Shown here piece after piece: positions 29,959 to 40,855 of a stretch of 64,000 nt of DNA. The translations under genes were made by a program, and so were the position numbers. Below the pieces are notes generated by a model. It did no database searches and was not told the DNA's origin. It saw only the letters and a list, made by a program, of their open reading frames with translations. This DNA comes from Candidatus Woesearchaeota archaeon (GTDB taxonomy: Archaea; Nanobdellota; Nanobdellia; SCGC-AAA011-G17; JACPIM01): assembly GCA_043817645.1 (NCBI GenBank), contig JBDRGP010000013.1, forward strand, positions 21,687 to 85,686. The letters run 5' to 3'. Position 1 is the stretch's first letter, and each line of letters opens with the position of its first letter.

Positions 29959-30660
29959 ATGAAAATAAAAGATATTCCTTGGTTTAATAGACCTGGATTT
30001 AAACTTACTAGGAAAGGTGTTAATACACTAGATGATGCTGAATTGCTTTCTATAATATTTGGAAGAGGGGGTAAAGGAGAGTCTGCAATTGAGCTTTCAA
30101 ATAGGTTATTAAAAAAATATAATTTTAACAAATTAGAAGAACTGTCTGTTAAAGATCTTGCTAAAGAATGCAAATGGGATTTTAATAAAGCTAATCAAAT
30201 ATTGAGTTTAATTGAAATATGCAAGAGGTATAATAAGCTAGTTAATGGCGGTTATGATAATAAAATCAAACATAAAAGCATTAAAACTGCAAAGGATGTT
30301 TTTAACATTTTTTCAGACAAGTTTAGAAATCACAAAAAAGAAGTTTTAAATCTTATTTTATTAGATAGCAAAAATAAAATTATATCTGTTAAAGAAGAAA
30401 TTTCTATAGGGATATTAAATTCTTCATTAATTCATCCAAGAGAAATATTCAGAGAAGCAATTAAAGAGGGAGCAAATTCTGTAATATTAATTCATAATCA
30501 CCCTTCTGGAGACCCACAACCTTCCCAAAAAGATAAAGAAATAACTGAAAAATTATCTGAAGCAGGAAAACTATTGGGTGTAAATTTATTAGATCATGTT
30601 ATTATTGGGAAAGAATCCCATTGGAGTTTTAAAGAAAACAGTTCTAGTAATGTTCTCTAA
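29959..30660 (+). CDS. radC: RadC-like JAB-domain protein (UPF0758)
   Basis: L.D.ELL.II, HPREIF, IHNHPSGDP.PS..D, LLDHVIIG. Confidence 0.92.
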   Translation: MKIKDIPWFNRPGFKLTRKGVNTLDDAELLSIIFGRGGKGESAIELSNRLLKKYNFNKLEELSVKDLAKECKWDFNKANQILSLIEICKRYNKLVNGGYDNKIKHKSIKTAKDVFNIFSDKFRNHKKEVLNLILLDSKNKIISVKEEISIGILNSSLIHPREIFREAIKEGANSVILIHNHPSGDPQPSQKDKEITEKLSEAGKLLGVNLLDHVIIGKESHWSFKENSSSNVL

Positions 30661-33544
30661 TGTAATCATAAGCTTTATCAAATAAGTCCTGTTCTTTATG
30701 CAATTTGTATTTTAACAATGTTCTTCTTAATGCCTTTTGGATTTCTCTTTCTCCAGTTCTAGTCCACTGCCATCCATCAAATCTTGTGATTTTTACATGT
30801 TCATCAATATCTTTGATTATTTTTTCTACAATTACAGGAGTTTTGTCAACCTTACATTCTAAAAAAATCTGAGTCAATGCTTCTTTTGTGCCATCAACTG
30901 GTTCAGCTTCTGTTTCTCTTTCTAATTTAACTACTTCTTTAGCAATATCTAATAATCCTTTAAGAAGTTCTATGCTATTAATAGCATTTTGATAATGTCT
31001 TTCTCTTAATTCTTCTAATCTTTTCCCAAGCTCTTTGAATTTAGGATCATTAGCATGTTTGTGAAGCCTCCACATTATTTTCATTTCGATTTCTTTTGCT
31101 TTTCTTCCTGCTTCTTTCTCAGATATTCTTTCTAATATATTTGCATCCATAATTAAAGTATCTAAATCATCTCTTATTGTTTGAACTTCAATATTCTCAT
31201 GAATCAATTCTAAAGTTTTTGCTCCTAAAGCGTGCCATATTAATTTTCCATTTCCACTAGGTGGTTGAATTGATTGATAAACTTGGGTAAGCCATTTATA
31301 ATCTTTATAATATCTTTTTAACATTGAATCTGGGGATATTGCTTCCCAGTGTCTAGTTAGATAAGAATAATCTCCTGCAAATTTATCTCTTTTTTCATTT
31401 GAAGGTAAACAATCTTGTGCTGCAAGTAATCCCTCATAACCTTCAATATTCCTATCAACATCTTTAAAGTGCGATAAACATTTTTCCATAGCTATAGGTA
31501 ATTCTTCTTTTAATCTTGAAATATTCAATATAACATTTCTCATTTCTTGTATATCAAAATCAAGAGCCTTAGCCACATTATCAAATACACCTAAATAATC
31601 AACAATTAATCCGTGATCTTTGTTTGGATAAGGTCTATTTACCCTACATATAGCTTGCAATAAAGTATGGTCTTTCATAGGTTTATCTAAATACATGACT
31701 TGATTTATTGGTGCATCGAAACCAGTCAGAAGTTTTGAGGTTACAATTAATAATTTCAATGGATCTTTTGGATCTCTAAACCTATCTAATAATTTTTCTT
31801 GATCATCATCAGATAAACCATATAATTTTCTCCATTCTTCTTCTCCTTTTTGTTTCACAGTCATTACTACAGCAGTTTCTTCTGGTTGCAGATGTTTGTC
31901 TAATTCCTGTTTGTATAAATGGCACGATTCTCTATCAAATACAACAACTTGCCCTTTGAAATTATTTGGTTCTACATCTTCTTTGTAATGTTTTGCAATA
32001 TCAGCACAAATCTTTTTTATTCTGTCTTTACTTTTTACTATTATTCCAAATTTAGCGGCTTCTTTTGAAAGTTCTGTTTTCTCTTCATAACTTAATTTTT
32101 CTTCTTGCACTAACCATTCAAATTCTTTATTAATTTCTTCTTTCTTAATTCTTAGTTCAACTAATCTTGGTTCAAAATAAATTGGTAAAGTAGCCTTATC
32201 CCTTAATGATTGTTCAAATGAATATCTGCTCATATAACCATTTTTATCTTCTCTGGCTCCAAATGCCCAAAAGGTGTTTCTATCCCTTTTATTTATAGGA
32301 GTTCCAGTAAGCCCAAATAAGAAAGCATTTGGTAGAGATTCTCTCATCTTTTTACCTAAATCTCCTTCTTGAGTTCTATGTGCTTCATCAACCAATACTA
32401 TAATATTCTCTCTAGTATTAAGAACACCTTCTGCTTCTCCAAATTTGTAGATTGTAGTAATAATTATTTTTCTAGTATCTTGTTGTAATAATCTTTGCAA
32501 CTCTTCTCTTGAATTTGCTATTACTGTATTAGGAACATCAGAAGCATTGAAGGTTGCATTAATCTGAGAGTTTAAATCAACCCTATCAACTACAACAATA
32601 ACTGTTGGACTTTTTAATTTTTCTTCTTGTCTTAACTGCATAGCTGCATAAACCATTAAGAAAGATTTACCTGAACCTTGGAAATGCCAGATTAAACCCT
32701 TTTTAATTTTACCATCAACAACTCTCTTGACTATCTGTTTTGCACCTTCATATTGTTGGTATCTAACCATTATCTTTATTTTTTGTCCACCTTGTGTTGT
32801 ACTAAACAAAGTAAAATTATCTAAAATATCTATGATAACTTCTGGGGATAACATTCTACTAACAGCATTTCTTAGTTCCTCTAAATCTTCAAAAGCAGTA
32901 TCGTTAGTTTTCTTCCATGGTTGCCATTTTTCTATTGGTAATTTTATTGATCCAACTCTGTAAGTCTTTCCTTCCGTAGCAAAACAAAATATATTTGGAA
33001 CAAATAAAGCAGGAATTGAGTTTTGATATTCTTCTAATTGAATTGCTCCATCTACCCAAGAAATTGCAGGCCTTACTGGAGTTTTTGCTTCTCCAATAAC
33101 TAAAGGAATCCCATTTACTAATAAAACTAAATCAGGTCTTCTTGTTTGGCTATTACTAAAACTATATTGTGTTGTTACAATAAATTCATTATTCCCAATA
33201 TTATCAAAATCAATTAATTTTATAGAAGTATGTTCACCATTTTCTCCAAAGGGCATAGTTTTTTCATTTCTCAACCATTTTGAGAATTCTTCATTTGTTT
33301 TTACAATGCCTGTTCCCTTTACACTTATGATTATAGCTCTTAATTTGTATAATATTTCATCAGCTCTTTCAGGCTTTTCTTTGATTTCTGGATTTAATTT
33401 TATTAAAGCTTTTTTTACATGTTCTTCTACAAGAATATCTTGTTCTTGCCTTGGTAACTTCTCTCGTGGAACAAATTTCCAGCCCATTTTTACAAGGATA
33501 TCTCTAATGTAATCTTCCACTGTGTTTTGTTCATTAAATACCAT
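30644..33544 (-). CDS. hsdR: Type I restriction enzyme R subunit
   Basis: RPD.VL.VNGIP....E.K, WHFQGSGKS, DEAHR, TGTP, LTGFDAP, LQAICRVNR. Confidence 0.95.
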   Translation of the reverse strand: MVFNEQNTVEDYIRDILVKMGWKFVPREKLPRQEQDILVEEHVKKALIKLNPEIKEKPERADEILYKLRAIIISVKGTGIVKTNEEFSKWLRNEKTMPFGENGEHTSIKLIDFDNIGNNEFIVTTQYSFSNSQTRRPDLVLLVNGIPLVIGEAKTPVRPAISWVDGAIQLEEYQNSIPALFVPNIFCFATEGKTYRVGSIKLPIEKWQPWKKTNDTAFEDLEELRNAVSRMLSPEVIIDILDNFTLFSTTQGGQKIKIMVRYQQYEGAKQIVKRVVDGKIKKGLIWHFQGSGKSFLMVYAAMQLRQEEKLKSPTVIVVVDRVDLNSQINATFNASDVPNTVIANSREELQRLLQQDTRKIIITTIYKFGEAEGVLNTRENIIVLVDEAHRTQEGDLGKKMRESLPNAFLFGLTGTPINKRDRNTFWAFGAREDKNGYMSRYSFEQSLRDKATLPIYFEPRLVELRIKKEEINKEFEWLVQEEKLSYEEKTELSKEAAKFGIIVKSKDRIKKICADIAKHYKEDVEPNNFKGQVVVFDRESCHLYKQELDKHLQPEETAVVMTVKQKGEEEWRKLYGLSDDDQEKLLDRFRDPKDPLKLLIVTSKLLTGFDAPINQVMYLDKPMKDHTLLQAICRVNRPYPNKDHGLIVDYLGVFDNVAKALDFDIQEMRNVILNISRLKEELPIAMEKCLSHFKDVDRNIEGYEGLLAAQDCLPSNEKRDKFAGDYSYLTRHWEAISPDSMLKRYYKDYKWLTQVYQSIQPPSGNGKLIWHALGAKTLELIHENIEVQTIRDDLDTLIMDANILERISEKEAGRKAKEIEMKIMWRLHKHANDPKFKELGKRLEELRERHYQNAINSIELLKGLLDIAKEVVKLERETEAEPVDGTKEALTQIFLECKVDKTPVIVEKIIKDIDEHVKITRFDGWQWTRTGEREIQKALRRTLLKYKLHKEQDLFDKAYDYIREHY

Positions 33545-33545
33545 A

Positions 33546-34733
33546 TTATTTCAACCAGATAGCTCCTTTTAAAAGTTCGTTTGATAGTTTGTTACGAAGG
33601 TTTTTTAGTGTTTTCTTTTCTATTAATAATTTATTTATGATCTTCCATAAATCTTCATTAATTTTGGTTATTTTATTCTTCTTATCTTGAGAAGGATCCA
33701 AAATCAAATATTTATTTACTATTTTACTAGATGTTCTTGGCATTTTTGTTCCATAAGCCATTTGAACATTATAATCTCTGAATCTATCCGATATTAGGTG
33801 TTGAAAAATAAAATCAAAGTCACTTTCTTTTTTGGGTTTTATTACAAGAATTTCAGTTGTACAAATTCCATCAAAATCAACAATTGCAACTTTATCCAAA
33901 TTAGGTCTTAATTTACCATATAGAATATCGCCTTTATAGAACTTAGTTGTTACACTTCTAACTAACTTAGAATCTCCATATTTTTTTAAGATCCTTGTTC
34001 CGGGGTCCATATGTTCTAAACTAACATATCTTTGATCTATATAAGGAGGAGTATCTTTTTCTTTTCTATACTCTATGAGTTTGCCCAATGGAACTTTTTT
34101 CCAGTTTTGTATTAAGTTTATTATTTTATTAAATGTAAAATAATTTTCTTTTCCAAAGAAATTATCAATAAAATTAATTCGACTGAATTGTTTTAACTTG
34201 TCAAGGAATGTAGGCACCATCTCAATTTTTTTCTCAATACCCCACAACACTTCACTAATTTTCTTCTGATCTTCTATTGAAGGCAATAAAAACTCATACT
34301 TGGCAATATCTTTCCAATTCAAGAATGGATTAGTTGATCCATGAGCATTGTTGCAAGTATGCATTACAAAATCTTCGGTCTGAATAATAAAAGGCAATAA
34401 TGATTGCAATAATTGAGTTTCATCTGCATGCATTACAAAACTAACATTAGAACATACCCCTTCAAAATCAACCATTCCACCTTTACGTAATCTAGGATTT
34501 CTAGTAACATAAAGAACATGTCTAGGCTTAAATCTCATATGAAATGCAGATCCAATAACTTCTTCATTTCCCTCAATTGGTGCAGATTTTGTAACTCTAA
34601 TTTCACCTTCATCAAAATGTTCACCCCCAATATATCTTTTGAAAGTCCATTCATCTCTATTCGGAACTTTATCATTGACTTTCTCCACAACATCTCCAAA
34701 TTTTACTTTTCTCCAGCCTTCAGGAATCTTCAT
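33546..34733 (-). CDS. hsdS: Type I RM specificity subunit
   Basis: IPEGW..VK.GDV, two TRDs separated by LP.IE.QKKI conserved helices. Confidence 0.9.
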   Translation of the reverse strand: MKIPEGWRKVKFGDVVEKVNDKVPNRDEWTFKRYIGGEHFDEGEIRVTKSAPIEGNEEVIGSAFHMRFKPRHVLYVTRNPRLRKGGMVDFEGVCSNVSFVMHADETQLLQSLLPFIIQTEDFVMHTCNNAHGSTNPFLNWKDIAKYEFLLPSIEDQKKISEVLWGIEKKIEMVPTFLDKLKQFSRINFIDNFFGKENYFTFNKIINLIQNWKKVPLGKLIEYRKEKDTPPYIDQRYVSLEHMDPGTRILKKYGDSKLVRSVTTKFYKGDILYGKLRPNLDKVAIVDFDGICTTEILVIKPKKESDFDFIFQHLISDRFRDYNVQMAYGTKMPRTSSKIVNKYLILDPSQDKKNKITKINEDLWKIINKLLIEKKTLKNLRNKLSNELLKGAIWLK

Positions 34734-36220
34734 TTTACTACCTCCTTTATGGCTGAATTCATTTCTTTGGTTGATTTTTCAAGTTCTTTCATACTTTCTT
34801 TCCATTCTTTAATATAAGTTTTAAGAGGAGTTTTCAATAATTCTTCATTAACATATCTTTTATCTTCAACATAAAGCCTTAAATTAAGATTGTAATTATT
34901 ATTTCTAACTTCACCAATTTCAACAACTTTTGCAAATCCTTCAATATCTTTAAAGTTCTTATATGCATCATGAATTTTTTTAATATGCTCTGGTTCTAAA
35001 AAACTTTGAGTTTTCTTTCTAGTAATTTGATCTTTGGCATCAATGAATAATATTTTATTTTTCTTATTTTTTTCTTTATTTGTTTTACAAAAAACTAAAC
35101 AAGATTCCATTGAAGAATTATAAAATAAATCTTTTCCAAGACCGACAACACACTCAATTAAATCATCTTCAATTATTGCAGTCCTCATTTTTTGTTCAGA
35201 GTCTCTTTCAAGAATTCCATTTGGATATAATATCCCACATCTTCCATTCTTATCATCCATTGAACAAATACAATGCTGAAAAAATGCATAATCTGCATTA
35301 CCTTTTGGTGGAACTCCGTATTTATTCCTGCCCCAAGGATCATGTTTCCACATTTCTTGATTCCACTTTTTTATAGAATAAGGAGGATTTGCAATTACCA
35401 TATTAAATTTCTTTAATCTATCCATTTCAACAAAAGCAGGATGTTTTAATGTATCTCCTCTAACAATATGAAAATCATTAAATCCATGAATGAACATATT
35501 CATTCTTGCAATACCTGAAGTTATCAAATTAATTTCTTGTCCATATAATTTTAAACTCCTATGTTCTTGACCTTTTTCTTTAACTAATAATGCAGAATTT
35601 AGCAACATCCCCCCAGAGCCACAGGTAGGATCATATATTGATTCATTTGGTTTTGGATCTAAAATTAATGCCATTATTCTAACAACAGTTCTATTTGTAT
35701 AAAATTCAGCGGCTGTATGTCCACTATCATCTGCAAACTTTTTAATTAAAAATTCATAAGCTGTTCCAAATTCATCTTGAGGTACATTTTTAATAGAAAG
35801 ATTGATTGTAGAAAAGTGCTCAATTAAATTGATTAGTGCAGAATCACTTAGTCTATCCTTATTTGTCCAAGTGCTATCTCCAAAAATTCCCATTAATTTA
35901 TCAGGATTAGCTTTTTCAATGTTTTCCATAGCATTTTTAATTGATCTCCCAACATCTTTTGTAATCTTCCTGATATCTCTCCAATGATTTCCTTCCGGAA
36001 TTTGAAATTCGTGTTGTTCTGGATAAGAAGCATATTCTGTATCTCCTTTTGATTCTGCAAGAGCTTTTTCATATTCTTCATCATAAACATCAGAAATTCT
36101 TTTAAAAAACATTAAAGGAAAAATAATGCTTTTATACTCACTAGGATCAATAACTCCCCTAAGGAGGTTTGCAGCTTCCCATAAATAAGATTCTAATTGT
36201 TTTTGATTTATTTCTGTCAT
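34730..36220 (-). CDS. hsdM: Type I RM methyltransferase M2 (NPPY motif)
   Basis: L...LW.AA..LRG, EFYT, YDPTCGSGGML, YGQE, ANPPY. Confidence 0.93.
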   Translation of the reverse strand: MTEINQKQLESYLWEAANLLRGVIDPSEYKSIIFPLMFFKRISDVYDEEYEKALAESKGDTEYASYPEQHEFQIPEGNHWRDIRKITKDVGRSIKNAMENIEKANPDKLMGIFGDSTWTNKDRLSDSALINLIEHFSTINLSIKNVPQDEFGTAYEFLIKKFADDSGHTAAEFYTNRTVVRIMALILDPKPNESIYDPTCGSGGMLLNSALLVKEKGQEHRSLKLYGQEINLITSGIARMNMFIHGFNDFHIVRGDTLKHPAFVEMDRLKKFNMVIANPPYSIKKWNQEMWKHDPWGRNKYGVPPKGNADYAFFQHCICSMDDKNGRCGILYPNGILERDSEQKMRTAIIEDDLIECVVGLGKDLFYNSSMESCLVFCKTNKEKNKKNKILFIDAKDQITRKKTQSFLEPEHIKKIHDAYKNFKDIEGFAKVVEIGEVRNNNYNLNLRLYVEDKRYVNEELLKTPLKTYIKEWKESMKELEKSTKEMNSAIKEVVK

Positions 36221-37704
36221 TTTATGTTGTATTTCTCCAAAACCTTAATCATTTTTTCTTGAGACTTTTCAAATTCTTTTTGTGAGTCAAGCATTTCTTT
36301 ATAAGCTTGTTTTAAAGTAATTTTATCTTCTTCATCAATTTTAACAACATACCTAGAAATATTCAGATTAAATTCATTTTCTTCAATTTCAGATAAATCA
36401 ACTACCTTAGCAAAATTCTCAATATCTTCATATTTATTATACCACTTTAAAATTTGATTAGCATGTTCATCTCTAAAGAAATTTTGATTCCTCCCTTTTG
36501 TAAAAAGATGTGAACCATCAATAAAATATACTTTATTTTTCTTTTTGCTTTCCTTATTAAGTTTAAAAATTAAAATACAAGCACTAATTCCAGTTCCATA
36601 AAATAAGTTTGGACCAAGACCAATAACAGTTTCAAGTAAATCTCTATTCAATAATTCCTTCCTTATTTTTCCTTCAACTCCACCTCTAAAAAGAGCTCCA
36701 TGAGGTAAAACTATGCCCATTCTTCCATTAGGAAGTGCCATTGAGGTAATCATATGCTGAACCCAAGCAAAATCAGCATTATTATCTGTTGGAGTTCCTG
36801 CAATATTTCTTCCAAAAGGATCATGAGACCATTTATCAGCACCCCAATTTTTTAATGAAAATGGAGGATTTGCAATTACAACATCAAATTTTGATAGTGA
36901 ATCTCCTTCATGAAATGCAGGATTTCTTAAGGTATCTCCTCTAACAATTGAAAAATCTTCAACACCATGTAAAAATAAATTTATTCTTGCAATAGCAGAA
37001 GTTGTTAAATTCTTTTCTTGACCATATAACTTAATGGTTCTAATATCTCCTTCTTTTTTCTTAACATAATGAAAAGCTTCTAAAAGCATTCCTCCAGAAC
37101 CACAAGCAGGATCATATATTGTATCTCTTTCTTTTGGTTTTAAAATATTTCCTAGTAAATGAACTATTGCTCTAGGTGTATAAAACTCTCCAGCCTTTCT
37201 GTTAGTAAGATCAGCAAATTTTTTTATAAGATATTCATAAGCATTGCCCAAAACATCTGGTTCGACATTTTTCTTTGAAAGGTTTTTTGTTGAGAAATGT
37301 TCTATAAGATTTATCAAAAGTTCATCAGATAATCTATTTTTATTAGTCCAATTTACATCTCCAAAAATCCCATATAATAAATCTGGATTAGCTTTTTCTA
37401 TAGATCTAAAAGCATATTGTATTGCTTGACCAACATTTTTTGTTTTAATTCTAATGTCTTTCCATTGAGAACCTTCTGGAATGATAAATGTATGATTCTC
37501 AGGAAATGCTGCATATTCTTCATCACCATTAGATTCTTCTAATGCATCATGATATTCTTCATCATAAATATCTGATATTCTTTTAAAGAATAATAAAGGG
37601 AATATGTATGCCTTAAAATCCGCATTATCTATTGGCCCTCTAAGTATATTTGCAGCACCCCACAAATATTGTTCAATCTCAGATAAAGTAACATTATTCT
37701 CCAT
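36217..37704 (-). CDS. hsdM: Type I RM methyltransferase M1 (NPPF motif)
   Basis: LWGAA.ILRG, GEFYTP, YDPACGSGGML, ANPPF, LPHG.LFRG. Confidence 0.93.
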   Translation of the reverse strand: MENNVTLSEIEQYLWGAANILRGPIDNADFKAYIFPLLFFKRISDIYDEEYHDALEESNGDEEYAAFPENHTFIIPEGSQWKDIRIKTKNVGQAIQYAFRSIEKANPDLLYGIFGDVNWTNKNRLSDELLINLIEHFSTKNLSKKNVEPDVLGNAYEYLIKKFADLTNRKAGEFYTPRAIVHLLGNILKPKERDTIYDPACGSGGMLLEAFHYVKKKEGDIRTIKLYGQEKNLTTSAIARINLFLHGVEDFSIVRGDTLRNPAFHEGDSLSKFDVVIANPPFSLKNWGADKWSHDPFGRNIAGTPTDNNADFAWVQHMITSMALPNGRMGIVLPHGALFRGGVEGKIRKELLNRDLLETVIGLGPNLFYGTGISACILIFKLNKESKKKNKVYFIDGSHLFTKGRNQNFFRDEHANQILKWYNKYEDIENFAKVVDLSEIEENEFNLNISRYVVKIDEEDKITLKQAYKEMLDSQKEFEKSQEKMIKVLEKYNIK

Positions 37705-38932
37705 TTTCAGTTTTCTCTTCTTCAGATGGTAATTCTATCTTTTCTTTTCCATGAATTCTGTCATGGCATTTTTCGCAAAGAACCATTATATTACCTAACT
37801 CAGATTTACCTCCGTCAACATGTCTTATTTTGTGGTGGTATTCTGGTTCTTTATAATCTTTAAATGACTTTCCACAAAGTTCACATTTCGAGTTCTTTTC
37901 AAAAGCAGCAATTTTTTCTTCATCAGAAATTTGTCTTTTTTCATCTAATTCTTCTAATTTACACTTTTCAAGAAATTCTCTTATCAATAAATTTCTTCTT
38001 AATGCAATTATCTTTTCAGACCATCCTCCTCTCACATTATCATAAAATCTTTGATATGTTGGATTAGATCTTCTTCTATCCTCTGAATATACTTTATTAT
38101 GGAAATTTTCTACAAAATCTCTTATCATTTTTTCTTTATCTACTAAAGAATATGATAAAGATAATTCTCTAACCATAGTATAAACTGAAAAAACCCATGC
38201 ATGTTTACTTAAGAACTGATAATTTTCTTCTGGAAAACATTTTCTAAGAAAATTAAGTGTCTTTAATGTATTTCTATATTCTTTTGATTCTTTTGTAAGA
38301 GTTTGATTTTCATCAAAAAAAGATAAAATTGCTGGTGTTCCTGAATCTTTTTGTCCAGATTTCTCATAAAACAAAATTCTTGCAGCATCAGGAAATGCAC
38401 CATATCTTTCTTTTGAAATCCCGATTGATTTATCCATGAATGGATGTTTTGCTATTTCCCTCATAGACAATACGATATTTCCAGGTAATGCATTAAGTCT
38501 TTCACCTAATGTTAGTGGTTTTCCTCTTTGCAATCTTGAGAATATAAGCCTTATTCGTTCATCATCATAATCTTCAAGAATATGAAAATTTAAAGTATAA
38601 TTGAGAAATTTTTCTCTTTGTTCATCGAATAGCGGATTTTCTCCATTAAATGTTTTTCCATGATTCTCTTCTCCTGAGAATTTTTTATGTAGTTTTAATT
38701 TATTATCATGAAATAGTTTTATTGCATGTAATCTTTGTTGACCATCTACAATATAATATATTTTTTCATCAGTTAGTTCATTAAGGAAAAATATAGGGAT
38801 TGGTTCTCCTCTTAATATAGAATCTATTAAACAGGCATTGTCTTGAGTAGTCCAAGCACCTGCTGGTCTTTGATATGTTAAGTCTACTTTGTATTTATGT
38901 TTGTTGTTTATGAATTCTTGAATTGTTGCCAT
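37694..38932 (-). CDS. DUF262 (GmrS/ParB-like) + HNH nuclease fusion
   Basis: YQR...W, LIDSIL.G.PIP, IVDGQQRL, IF.RLQ.G..L; C-terminal C..C...EYHH.....GG.S...N...LC..CH. Confidence 0.88.
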   Translation of the reverse strand: MATIQEFINNKHKYKVDLTYQRPAGAWTTQDNACLIDSILRGEPIPIFFLNELTDEKIYYIVDGQQRLHAIKLFHDNKLKLHKKFSGEENHGKTFNGENPLFDEQREKFLNYTLNFHILEDYDDERIRLIFSRLQRGKPLTLGERLNALPGNIVLSMREIAKHPFMDKSIGISKERYGAFPDAARILFYEKSGQKDSGTPAILSFFDENQTLTKESKEYRNTLKTLNFLRKCFPEENYQFLSKHAWVFSVYTMVRELSLSYSLVDKEKMIRDFVENFHNKVYSEDRRRSNPTYQRFYDNVRGGWSEKIIALRRNLLIREFLEKCKLEELDEKRQISDEEKIAAFEKNSKCELCGKSFKDYKEPEYHHKIRHVDGGKSELGNIMVLCEKCHDRIHGKEKIELPSEEEKTENGE

Positions 38933-38933
38933 T

Positions 38934-40091
38934 TTAGTCTTTCCTCTTAGATAAACTCAACCTATGAGCTTTTTCTTTATCTGTGAGATTTATTATATCT
39001 TCATCAACTTCTTTTCTGTTAATTTTTGGGCTTAATTTAAAATAATTTAGAGATGAAAATTCCTCATAAAGTCCTTTTTCTTTGATTAATTTTAATAACT
39101 CTTCTTTTTTATCATCTGGAAAAATAATTTTATCATATTCTTTTACAGAACACTTTTTATCTGTTCCAAAAACGACATCTATTCCTTTTTGTTTAGAAAA
39201 TTCAATTAAATTTTTTTTAATTTCCTCAATTTTTGTTTCAGCTTCTTTTTTAGTTTCTTGTAACTTAGAAAAATCATCAACTAATTTTCCGCCATCATCT
39301 TCAGAAAATTCTTTTTTACTATCTTCTACTTCAAATTTATGTTTCCATGCAGGACATTGTGGTTTATATTGACAATAGTTACATAAGGTGCTTATATTTG
39401 TTGGAAATTTATCACAAACTTCAATTTCTTTAATTATTTTTTTAATTTGCTCCTTTAATTCTTCTAATTGCTCATCATTTCTTTCAGAAACCATTTCTTT
39501 ATCAAAAGCTAAGAAATACCAAACTAGTTTAACAGATTTGGCATCAGGATATTTTTGCTTAACCCAAAGAGAATACATTGCTAATTGATGGTCTTCATCT
39601 AATTCTTCTTGTGCTTTTAATGAATTATTTGTTTTATAATCACAAACATAATAATTTCCTTCTTTATCACATGCTAAATGATCTATTCTTATATGGTATT
39701 GGTATCCCTCAGAAAGATCCAATCTATCTTGAGTCTCTATAGCTATGACGGTTCTATGATTAAATGGTTTGTAATGGTCATAATAATCTGCTATGAATTT
39801 TTTACCCATCTCTTTATAATTTTTAGCAGTATATTCATCTTTAACAATAAACACCTTACCATGCCAATTTTCATCCCAAATCTTTTCAAAAAATTGTAGT
39901 AATTCTTCCTTTGTATTTAGCTTTTGAAATTTTAAATTATTGTATAATTTTTCTAGAACTTCATGAACTCTTTTACCCATAAATATTTCAATGCTTTCTA
40001 AATCACTTTTTATTTTATCAATATATTGAAGTTTATATTTATACTTGCATTGTTGAAATGTTCCAAGTCTTGAATGTGAGTATGTTGTCAT
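38934..40091 (-). CDS. PD-(D/E)XK nuclease, RecB/AddB/Cas4-like with 4-Cys cluster
   Basis: YS.SRL..F.QC, G...H..LE, RID, DYKT, QL..Y, C..C.Y...C. Confidence 0.88.
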   Translation of the reverse strand: MTTYSHSRLGTFQQCKYKYKLQYIDKIKSDLESIEIFMGKRVHEVLEKLYNNLKFQKLNTKEELLQFFEKIWDENWHGKVFIVKDEYTAKNYKEMGKKFIADYYDHYKPFNHRTVIAIETQDRLDLSEGYQYHIRIDHLACDKEGNYYVCDYKTNNSLKAQEELDEDHQLAMYSLWVKQKYPDAKSVKLVWYFLAFDKEMVSERNDEQLEELKEQIKKIIKEIEVCDKFPTNISTLCNYCQYKPQCPAWKHKFEVEDSKKEFSEDDGGKLVDDFSKLQETKKEAETKIEEIKKNLIEFSKQKGIDVVFGTDKKCSVKEYDKIIFPDDKKEELLKLIKEKGLYEEFSSLNYFKLSPKINRKEVDEDIINLTDKEKAHRLSLSKRKD

Positions 40092-40855
40092 AAAATTCCC
40101 TCCTTAAAGAAAAAATCGTGCTTGTCTTCAACGAATTTAATCCCTTTTTTAGTTAGGATGCATAAATCTTTATTTTTATAAACTAAATTTTCTTTTGTTA
40201 AGTTTCCTAGATTAGAAGTTAATTCTTGAGGGTACTTTGGTTTGATCCATCTCTTTAGGGTTTTTATATTCAAATAAGAAGGATAAGAATCAAATAAATA
40301 AATTAATATTTTGTCTTTAGTTTTAAACCTGTTATTTAAAATAATCTTGTCTTCACCAAAGTTTTCAATTAAAGGAATATTTTTTTCCATTAATTCTTGA
40401 ATTAATATTCTAACATTCTCTAGATCTTCAGTATGAAATAATCTTAAAATCTCCGCTATAATCCAATCACATGTAGACGCGACGTAGGAACTGTCTATGT
40501 AATTTGGATCAATCCCTTCTTTTTTATGAGCAGCACCCCTCTTACTTCTTAATGTATATGTTGCGTAAACAATTCTTGGTATTATCAGTCTAAGACTTTC
40601 TTCTCCTCTGCTATTCTCAAAGATAGTAATCATATTTTGCATATTTTTTATTTCCCCGAGTTTTTCATTCTTAAGAACAAAGTTTAAAATCTGAAAAACA
40701 GTTTCACAAAATTTTCCAAATTCATTTATAGCTTCATTATATTTTCCGTTCTGATGAAATTTTTTAATATAATTATATCTATTAACTAGGTCTTTTATCA
40801 ATGATTCGTCTACCTTTGATGATAGATTTTTTATTATTAATTCACTCTTGCTCAT
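40088..40855 (-). CDS. putative HEPN/Abi_C-like protein with C-terminal wHTH
   Basis: Helical N-part GKFCE, R-x4-6-H-like LRSKRGAAH, D.N..D; C-terminal L...L......LT.KG wHTH. Confidence 0.6.
   Translation of the reverse strand: MSKSELIIKNLSSKVDESLIKDLVNRYNYIKKFHQNGKYNEAINEFGKFCETVFQILNFVLKNEKLGEIKNMQNMITIFENSRGEESLRLIIPRIVYATYTLRSKRGAAHKKEGIDPNYIDSSYVASTCDWIIAEILRLFHTEDLENVRILIQELMEKNIPLIENFGEDKIILNNRFKTKDKILIYLFDSYPSYLNIKTLKRWIKPKYPQELTSNLGNLTKENLVYKNKDLCILTKKGIKFVEDKHDFFFKEGIL

Noticed and set aside
38934-40091. Cas4-like nuclease as evidence of a CRISPR-Cas locus
   Set aside because: No cas1/cas2 and no repeat-spacer array seen anywhere in the window; it fits a stand-alone PD-(D/E)XK protein in an RM operon
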